A stretch of 7,017 nucleotides of DNA from Escherichia coli. GTDB lineage: Bacteria; Pseudomonadota; Gammaproteobacteria; Enterobacterales; Enterobacteriaceae. The position numbers were made by a program, and so were the translations under genes. The DNA lies in NCBI RefSeq assembly GCF_003334385.1, contig NZ_QOWN01000074.1. One strand, given 5' to 3'. The notes under the pieces are model-generated. The model was not told the origin of the DNA. It searched no databases and saw only the letters and a program-made list of their open reading frames with translations. Positions 1 through 4,821 of the stretch are shown piece by piece (the first letter of the stretch is position 1; each line of letters begins with the position of its first letter).

Positions 1-55
1 TGTTCAGGCTGGCGTCAGTGGAATGAAGTCTGGTGAGTGAGATGATGAGTGAGAC

Positions 56-253
56 TCACCGGTTCTGGTGCTGAAGCTGCAGTTGGCGCAGGGTACGGAT
101 ATCCTCTCTGGCCTGTTCGATACAGGGCAACAGTGCTGCTGAATCCGTTTTATCCTCATTGTTGTCAAAGATAATTCCCGATTCGCAGTCGATATTGTCC
201 TGCAGCCACGCAATCAGAATATCCAGTGCGGTTTCCGTGGTTAATGATTTCAT
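56..253 (-). CDS. DUF957-like small protein (about 65 aa), last gene of the CbtA/CbeA-associated module
   Basis: Track ORF 56..298 (-). Protein from the internal Met (MKSLTTETALDILIAWLQDNIDCESGIIFDNNEDKTD...) matches my memory of small DUF957 proteins found downstream of cbtA-type loci. Start placed at ATG 251-253 because an AGGAA Shine-Dalgarno-like motif lies about 5 nt upstream and the longer form (start 298) would overlap the upstream gene by 34 nt. Stop TGA at 56-58. Confidence 0.7.
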   Translation of the reverse strand: MKSLTTETALDILIAWLQDNIDCESGIIFDNNEDKTDSAALLPCIEQAREDIRTLRQLQLQHQNR

Positions 254-264
254 GTTGTTCCTGG

Positions 265-753
265 TTACCAGTTGAAAGTGGGTAAACCCGGCAGGCATTC
301 AGCGCTGGCATCCAGATGAATGAGACTGACGCCATAACGTCGGGTAAGTGTGATAACCAGACGACGGAACGTTTTTGACAGCCCCAGGCGTTTAAGCCGC
401 AGAACCGGATATGACCACGCATCGGTACGTAACAGATATCCGCTACCTGTGAAATGAATCCATTCTGATTCACCAACGTCACTGGTCTGATGCGACAGCG
501 AGTACAGCCAGGCGTTATCCTTTTCCGTGATATGTGCGGTACTGCAGCGTATGCCGGCAAGGGTTGCAAACGGTGGTAGTGTGCAGGTTGACTGTTGGTC
601 GGATTCCTCCACCACGCGGAGTGAATAACCGTTTTCAGCGACCTTGTTAATCAGTTCAGTGAGATTAACACCATCGACGTCAACGACAATTCGCCCCATG
701 TTCAGTGCCTGCACATTAATTCTGTCGGCTTCCAGCATCAGGGAAAGTTTCAT
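265..753 (-). CDS. DUF5983-like hypothetical protein (162 aa), encoded immediately downstream of the CbtA-family toxin
   Basis: Track ORF 265..753 (-), [29 protein letters not shown]... Its ATG (751-753) overlaps the toxin stop TGA (750-752) as ATGA, implying translational coupling. Position and size match the gene usually following cbtA paralogs. Family name is from memory. Confidence 0.75.
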   Translation of the reverse strand: MKLSLMLEADRINVQALNMGRIVVDVDGVNLTELINKVAENGYSLRVVEESDQQSTCTLPPFATLAGIRCSTAHITEKDNAWLYSLSHQTSDVGESEWIHFTGSGYLLRTDAWSYPVLRLKRLGLSKTFRRLVITLTRRYGVSLIHLDASAECLPGLPTFNW

Positions 754-1124
754 CGTTTCTCCGGATGCTTACCCAGGGTAATGTTATTTACCGTTCTGTA
801 ATTGTCGCGGGTCATCAGGCCGGTCGCCCGGCGAGCCCGGAGGATATCAATACTGTTTATTAACTGAGAGCGGGGACAAGTGCTGAATCCCGGCTGGTCG
901 GTACGCACCAGCGCGTATTTTTCCACGAGAAAATTCACCGCATCACACAGTGAAATGCCAGCTTCAATATGCTGCTCAATCACACGTTCATCGGCGAACG
1001 GTGTGTCATTCAGTGTAAGGCCGTAATGCTGGCCCAGTAGTCGGGAGAGCAGAGTCTGCCAGATGGTGACGGGAGACGGGCAGCTCGATGCCTCCCGTAC
1101 GTGTGTATCGGGTAATGTTTTCAT
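750..1124 (-). CDS. cbtA: CbtA-family toxin (YeeV/YkfI/YpjF paralog group; type IV TA toxin that inhibits FtsZ/MreB polymerisation), 124 aa
   Basis: Track ORF 750..1124 (-). Protein MKTLP...[64 protein letters not shown]...[17 protein letters not shown] is near-identical over most of its length to E. coli K-12 YeeV/CbtA as I recall it. Shine-Dalgarno-like AGGAAA about 11 nt upstream of the ATG. I cannot tell which paralog it is, so the symbol is a family-level label. Confidence 0.92.
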   Translation of the reverse strand: MKTLPDTHVREASSCPSPVTIWQTLLSRLLGQHYGLTLNDTPFADERVIEQHIEAGISLCDAVNFLVEKYALVRTDQPGFSTCPRSQLINSIDILRARRATGLMTRDNYRTVNNITLGKHPEKR

Positions 1125-1213
1125 ACTGAAGGTTTTCCTGATATGCAGAGATGAAAAATGGAAAAGTGGCGTGGTGAAAGCACCAGGCCGGAGCAGAAGG
1201 TTATTCCGGTGGT

Positions 1214-1582
1214 TTACTTTTTCGTTTCGGGCGTCGGATAAACAGCCAGATAAACGTAACCACCGCTACCGAGAGTGTCAGCTTTGCAGGTCAGACCTTT
1301 TGCATACAGCGTGACGGTATGCTGATGGCGGGGATTCAGTTCACCGCTGGTGAGCATGAGTTCCAGTTGTTTCATCAGCAGCGGAAAGGCCTGGTCCAGG
1401 TGGTACGCATCTGCATCGCTGAACAGGCCTCTGATACCGGCGCGGTCGGCAAGGTAATGCAGGCGGTTACCCTCCTGCACCAGACGGGCGCCGAAACAGG
1501 GCGTCACTGTGCAGGGTAGTCCCCACCAGGGATGGTCGTCATTGTCATCGGGATGCGTTGTCCCGGAAAGTGTGTCTGACAC
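1214..1582 (-). CDS. cbeA: CbeA-family antitoxin (YeeU/YafW/YfjZ paralog group), 122 aa, GTG start
   Basis: Within track ORF 1214..1690 (-). Sequence from [52 protein letters not shown]...[31 protein letters not shown] matches K-12 YeeU/CbeA as I recall it (K-12 begins MSDTLPGTT). The GTG at 1580-1582 aligns to the K-12 start and has a GAGGA Shine-Dalgarno about 7 nt upstream. The in-frame ATG at 1688-1690 (158-aa form) lacks a convincing RBS. An 89-bp spacer separates it from the toxin gene. Confidence 0.88.
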   Translation of the reverse strand: MSDTLSGTTHPDDNDDHPWWGLPCTVTPCFGARLVQEGNRLHYLADRAGIRGLFSDADAYHLDQAFPLLMKQLELMLTSGELNPRHQHTVTLYAKGLTCKADTLGSGGYVYLAVYPTPETKK

Positions 1583-1744
1583 GATAAAATCCTCACAGAA
1601 AATCGGTGAATGATAGTTTAACGATGACGGGTCAGCCGGCGCGCAGACCGGCTTCGGTAAAGGTGTATTCGTTGATGAGCAGGACCTCATCCACAGCGGC
1701 GTCTGAGCTCAGCCAGTCGTACTCGTTTTCCGGGTGACGGAACA

Positions 1745-1966
1745 TCAGTTCAGGGTGACGCTCATCAGCCGGACATACGGACCAAAACTGTCCTTACGGC
1801 GTTCTGCAAACACGGCCAGCACACCGGGAATATCCTGCACTTCACGACCGGTATACGCTTCAGCACTGCCGTGCCAGCGGTATTTGCCGGTACAGAACGG
1901 AAAAAGACGGGATGCCGGATGCTGACGGTGAATACGCATGGCTTCGCCACGGGTGATGATTTTCAT
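1745..1966 (-). CDS. DUF987 small protein (YeeT/YkfH/YpjJ family), 73 aa
   Basis: Track ORF 1745..1966 (-), MKIITRGEAMRIHRQHPASRLFPFCTGKYRWHGSAEAYTGREVQDIPGVLAVFAERRKDSFGPYVRLMSVTLN. Matches my memory of YeeT-type proteins and sits between the radC-like gene and the antitoxin as in K-12 cryptic prophages. AGAGG motif about 10 nt upstream of the ATG. Confidence 0.85.
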   Translation of the reverse strand: MKIITRGEAMRIHRQHPASRLFPFCTGKYRWHGSAEAYTGREVQDIPGVLAVFAERRKDSFGPYVRLMSVTLN

Positions 1967-2028
1967 AGTGGGATACCTCTGAAGACAGAAGATAAAAGTG
2001 AAAACAGGTGTGATGTGGTTGTAACGGG

Positions 2029-2505
2029 TTAAAGCAGACCATGTTCGGCAAAGGAGAAAACCTGGCTGCCACCGATTATCAGATGGTCCGGCACCCGGAT
2101 ATCCACCAGGCCCAGTGCCTGTACCAGACGTTCCGTGATAAGGCGGTCTGCCTTGCTGGGTGTGACTTCACCGGACGGGTGATTGTGTGCCAGCACCACA
2201 GCAGCGGCATTGTGATACAGGGCGCGTTTAATCACTTCCCGGGGATGGACTTCCGTGCGGTTGATGGTGCCGGTGAAGAGGGTTTCACCGGCAATCAGCT
2301 GATTCTGGTTGTTCAGATACAGCACCCGGAACTCTTCACGCTCCAGTCCCGCCATGTTCAGAATCAGCCATTCCCGTGCCGCATGCGTGGAGGTGAAGGC
2401 CACGCCGGGTTCATGAAGATGGCGGTCCAGGGTTTTCAGGGCCCGCTGAATGAGGCTGCGCTCGCCGGGCGTCATGTTTCCGGGCAGAAAGGAAAGCTGT
2501 TGCAT
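2029..2505 (-). CDS. RadC-like JAB/JAMM-domain protein (YeeS/YkfG/YfjY family), 158 aa
   Basis: Track ORF 2029..2520 (-). Contains the JAMM metal-binding signature ...AAVVLAHNHPSGEVTPSKADRLIT... (H-x-H-P-S-G ... D), intact. Start chosen at the second ATG (2503-2505, MQQLSFLPG...) because GGAGA lies about 9 nt upstream and the resulting length matches K-12 paralogs. The first ATG (2518-2520) directly abuts the upstream stop and is an alternative. Confidence 0.88.
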   Translation of the reverse strand: MQQLSFLPGNMTPGERSLIQRALKTLDRHLHEPGVAFTSTHAAREWLILNMAGLEREEFRVLYLNNQNQLIAGETLFTGTINRTEVHPREVIKRALYHNAAAVVLAHNHPSGEVTPSKADRLITERLVQALGLVDIRVPDHLIIGGSQVFSFAEHGLL

Positions 2506-2520
2506 TGTACTTCTCTCCAT

Positions 2521-3006
2521 TCAGTCGATGATGCGCATAATGGCGCTGCATTCCGGATGCTGCAGGGCGTAATCCCGCAGCCGGTAATAATGGACCGTCA
2601 TGGCATAACACTCCGTACGACAGGCATGATGACTGTACGTCATCAGACAGGCAGCAATGCCGGCAGCTTCCGGACTCATTTCAGCGCGGTTACCGTTCAT
2701 GGCATTGAACAGTACCCATGTTTCGTCATCATCGTCATCCGGTTCGGGTGCCATAAATGCCCCGCCGTTGTTCAGGGTGTACAGATTCCAGATACCACCG
2801 CAGTAGTCTTCACACAGACGGTCCATCCAGCCGAAGACACGGGGCTCCAGGGTCACCCACTGTGGAATGAGGCCAAAGTGCTGCGGCCAGAAGCTGATGC
2901 GCTGTTCATCAGGGACTATGGTGGCAACCAACTGAGGCTGGTCATTCCCTGATGCAGCGGTTACGGAAACAGAAGATGTGGTGGAATTATGTGAAATGGT
3001 TTTCAT
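2521..3006 (-). CDS. Antirestriction protein, ArdB/KlcA-like (YfjX/YafX family), 161 aa
   Basis: Track ORF 2521..3006 (-), with AAGGAG Shine-Dalgarno 8 nt upstream of the ATG. Contains an acidic run PEPDDDDDETW and the motif FGWMDRLCEDYCGGIWNLYTLNNGGAFMAPE that I associate with this family. Sits immediately upstream of the radC-like gene, as antirestriction genes do in CP4-type islands. Family call is from memory and gene order. Confidence 0.75.
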   Translation of the reverse strand: MKTISHNSTTSSVSVTAASGNDQPQLVATIVPDEQRISFWPQHFGLIPQWVTLEPRVFGWMDRLCEDYCGGIWNLYTLNNGGAFMAPEPDDDDDETWVLFNAMNGNRAEMSPEAAGIAACLMTYSHHACRTECYAMTVHYYRLRDYALQHPECSAIMRIID

Positions 3007-3060
3007 GAAATGACTCCTTAAAGGACAAATAAATGCGTGGTTTTCAGGGTAATGGCTGAA

Positions 3061-3879
3061 TCAGCGCAGGCTCTCCAGCAGGGTTTCCGCCATCACCCAC
3101 AATGCGCGGTTGAGCTTAATGTCAGTGTCAATGCTGTGAATGGCACGGGTATGGATACGTTTTCCTTTAGCGCTGCGACCTGAAATTCCGCCTTTCAGCA
3201 TATTCTCCTGAATGGTCTGATAAGCACTCCACAGGTCCTTACCGTAATCCTCCCGGCGTCGTGGCGTCAGAATGTCGGCGGTGGTGACGGGCTGATGTTC
3301 GTCACCATAACGGTAAGTCAGTGCCGCCTGTGCCAGCGCCTGGCGTGCCGGTGGCGGCAGAATCAGCGACTGCATGGCATCACGCTTTTCCTCAATCCGG
3401 TCAAACACGCCCACCACCTTGTAAGCCCCTTCAATGACTCTGTCCACCACATTTCCCCGGTGCGGAACACGCACTTCCCCCAGAGACTGACCACAGACGC
3501 ATCCGTTCTGGCAGACGAACCTGAAGTAACCCGGCAGCATCTGGTAGCTGGAGGTACCGTCATGAGAGTTGAGCAGAATAATTTCAGGGACATGTTCTCC
3601 GTTTATCTCTCCGGCCCGCCGCAGACGCAGCATGTGTTTTGTGTATCCCCGGCGGCCCGGGTCGCGCACACGGGTCTGGCAGGCGAAGAATGGCTGAAAG
3701 CCTTCCCGCTGCAGGCTTTCCAGTACGGTGATGGTGGGGATGTACGTATAGTTCTGGCTTCGGGACGTGTGTTTATCTTCCCCGAAAATCCCCGGCACAT
3801 AGTGCATCAGTTCTTCGTGTGTCAGCGGACGGTCACGGCGTATCTGGTTCGCATAACCAAAACGACTGGCTAGTCGCAT
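3061..3879 (-). CDS. DUF932 domain protein (YfjQ/YafZ family), 272 aa
   Basis: Track ORF 3061..3879 (-), MRLASRFGYANQIRRDRPLTHEELMHYVPGIFGEDKH...SHDGTSSYQMLPG...KLNRALWVMAETLLESLR. Closely resembles K-12 YafZ/YfjQ as I recall them. Strong AAGGAG Shine-Dalgarno 5-6 nt upstream of the ATG at 3877-3879. Stop TGA at 3061-3063. Confidence 0.85.
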   Translation of the reverse strand: MRLASRFGYANQIRRDRPLTHEELMHYVPGIFGEDKHTSRSQNYTYIPTITVLESLQREGFQPFFACQTRVRDPGRRGYTKHMLRLRRAGEINGEHVPEIILLNSHDGTSSYQMLPGYFRFVCQNGCVCGQSLGEVRVPHRGNVVDRVIEGAYKVVGVFDRIEEKRDAMQSLILPPPARQALAQAALTYRYGDEHQPVTTADILTPRRREDYGKDLWSAYQTIQENMLKGGISGRSAKGKRIHTRAIHSIDTDIKLNRALWVMAETLLESLR

Positions 3880-3916
3880 AATTTGCTCCTTATCGGTGGT
3901 TAAGATTTACTGGTGT

Positions 3917-3955
3917 AATAAATGAAAAAGCCACGTCTCCCGGAGAAGACGCGGC
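3917..3955 (-). terminator. Rho-independent terminator downstream of the DUF905 gene
   Basis: On the minus strand: GCCGCGTCT-TCTCCGGG-AGACGTGGC (9-bp stem with one G.U pair, plus-strand 3930-3955) followed by TTTTTCATTTATT (plus-strand 3917-3929). Lies in the intergenic region between the DUF905 stop (3979) and the DUF932 start (3879). Confidence 0.6.
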
Positions 3956-3978
3956 CTGATGGGTGAAATGAATGACGT

Positions 3979-4212
3979 TTATTGTCTGAGAAGACCGTCA
4001 CTGGCGAGCCGCGTATTAAGCACCTTTCCGGCATCGGGTTCAGAATTCCGGCAGCGCCAGCGTCGCTGACCTTCCGCGTTGCGGATAACCCGACGGAAAT
4101 GCATTCCCGGGTCATCCTGGATAAACACATTGCGGTAAGCGGTTATGACAGCAACCGCCTGCCCGTATGAGAAAGATCCTTCAGCCAGGACATACTCTGT
4201 GTAACCCGGCAT
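3979..4212 (-). CDS. DUF905-like small protein (YkfF-like), 77 aa
   Basis: Track ORF 3979..4212 (-). Motif [29 protein letters not shown] resembles the conserved core I recall for DUF905 proteins in K-12 cryptic prophages. AGGAG Shine-Dalgarno about 9 nt upstream of the ATG. Flanked by terminators on both sides. Confidence 0.72.
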   Translation of the reverse strand: MPGYTEYVLAEGSFSYGQAVAVITAYRNVFIQDDPGMHFRRVIRNAEGQRRWRCRNSEPDAGKVLNTRLASDGLLRQ

Positions 4213-4225
4213 ATCTGTTTTCTCC

Positions 4226-4266
4226 TGATAAATAAAAAGCCTCTGCCACGCGTTGTGACAGAGGCT
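4226..4266 (-). terminator. Rho-independent terminator downstream of the signal-peptide protein gene
   Basis: On the minus strand: AGCCTCTG-t-CAC-aacgc-GTG-g-CAGAGGCT (plus-strand 4238-4266), a GC-rich stem of 8+3 bp, followed by TTTTATTTATCA (plus-strand 4226-4237). Located 25 nt after the stop of the 4291..4746 gene and 25 nt before the DUF905 start. Confidence 0.65.
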
Positions 4267-4290
4267 GAAGCATGAAACTGACTTCAGGGA

Positions 4291-4746
4291 TCAGTTAACG
4301 TTTTTTCCGGAAACGGTAATCAGCAGTGGATGGTAGTCCTGGGGATTGAAAACCGATAACGGCAGACTGACACGATGGCCGTTACTTTCTTCAGTTGCTT
4401 TGATGATTTCGGTTGTGGCGACATTTTCCACGCACTCCGTTTCCAGAAATGCGTCTGTGGTTCGCGTGGCATTACTGTCACCAAAAGCTTCCGTTTCCAT
4501 TTTTCTGGTCACCAGCGTCTGACCATATTTGTCTTTGAGTTGCAGAGTGATGGTGAGGGGGCCAAATCCTTCATCGTTTCCGCCATTATCCAGCCGGAAC
4601 TGGTAAGCACAAATATTTCCCGGGAGCCATATCGTATCTGTATTGCGTATACTGATGTAACGTTGATCCTGTGCCCGGAGTGGGGCAGACCACGTTAACC
4701 CCAGAATGAAGGCGGTAATCATGCAGGTTTTGAACAGGTGAATCAT
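4291..4746 (-). CDS. Small secreted/periplasmic protein of unknown function, 151 aa, with predicted Sec signal peptide
   Basis: Track ORF 4291..4746 (-). N-terminus MIHLFKTCMITAFILGLTWSAPLRA/QDQ has a typical n-h-c signal peptide with an AxA-like cleavage site and no lipobox. Mature part has two Cys (possible disulfide). GAGAGG Shine-Dalgarno about 8 nt upstream of the ATG. Lies 75 bp downstream of the large membrane protein gene with no terminator between them. I recognise no family. Confidence 0.65.
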   Translation of the reverse strand: MIHLFKTCMITAFILGLTWSAPLRAQDQRYISIRNTDTIWLPGNICAYQFRLDNGGNDEGFGPLTITLQLKDKYGQTLVTRKMETEAFGDSNATRTTDAFLETECVENVATTEIIKATEESNGHRVSLPLSVFNPQDYHPLLITVSGKNVN

Positions 4747-4821
4747 GGTATTTACCTCTCTGAGTCATGACGATGACACTGACAAATCAGGTAATAAAGC
4801 GTAAAAGGCGCAGAATAGCCG

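Noticed and set aside
32-60. 7-bp inverted repeat GGTGAGT...ACTCACC with nested GAGTGAG direct repeats at the DUF957 stop codon
   Set aside because: Not followed by a T-tract on the minus strand, so not a convincing intrinsic terminator; too short to call an attachment-site or IS terminal repeat without flanking sequence.
4-213. Minus-strand ORF (69 aa) overlapping the DUF957 gene
   Set aside because: Out of frame with, and overlapping, the recognisable DUF957-like gene; Cys/Arg-rich composition typical of a wrong-frame translation.
1063-1519. Plus-strand ORFs 1063..1314 and 1319..1519
   Set aside because: Antisense to the toxin/antitoxin genes and their spacer; no motif or RBS support.
1734-1950. 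Plus-strand ORF 1734..1925 and alternative minus-strand ORFs 1765..1950 and 1860..2072
   Set aside because: Overlap the DUF987 gene in other frames; the DUF987 frame is the one matching a known family.
2411-2611. Minus-strand ORF (66 aa) straddling the radC-like and antirestriction junction
   Set aside because: Out of frame with both flanking genes and crosses their boundary; no support.
2041-2952. Long plus-strand ORF (303 aa) spanning the radC-like and antirestriction region
   Set aside because: Entirely antisense to two well-supported minus-strand genes; the protein is low-complexity with no recognisable motif and there is no convincing RBS. Typical antisense open frame in GC-rich coding sequence.
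3363-3800. Minus-strand out-of-frame ORFs 3363..3593 and 3603..3800 inside the DUF932 gene
   Set aside because: Nested in an alternative frame of the DUF932 gene; no independent support.
3295-3873. Plus-strand ORF (192 aa) antisense to the DUF932 gene
   Set aside because: Fully contained within the strongly supported DUF932 gene on the opposite strand; no family resemblance.
3900-4170. Minus-strand ORF 3900..4130 and plus-strand ORF 3982..4170
   Set aside because: They overlap the DUF905 gene out of frame or antisense; 3900..4130 would run through the mapped terminator hairpin.
4375-4698. Plus-strand ORF (107 aa) and minus-strand ORF 4586..4768 overlapping the secreted-protein gene
   Set aside because: Both overlap the better-supported 4291..4746 gene (signal peptide, good RBS) in other frames or on the other strand; no supporting features.
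4747-4821. Possible promoter between the large-protein stop and the secreted-protein start
   Set aside because: Only weak -35/-10-like hexamers (for example TTGTCA without a properly spaced TATAAT-like element); the spacing does not support a confident sigma70 promoter call.
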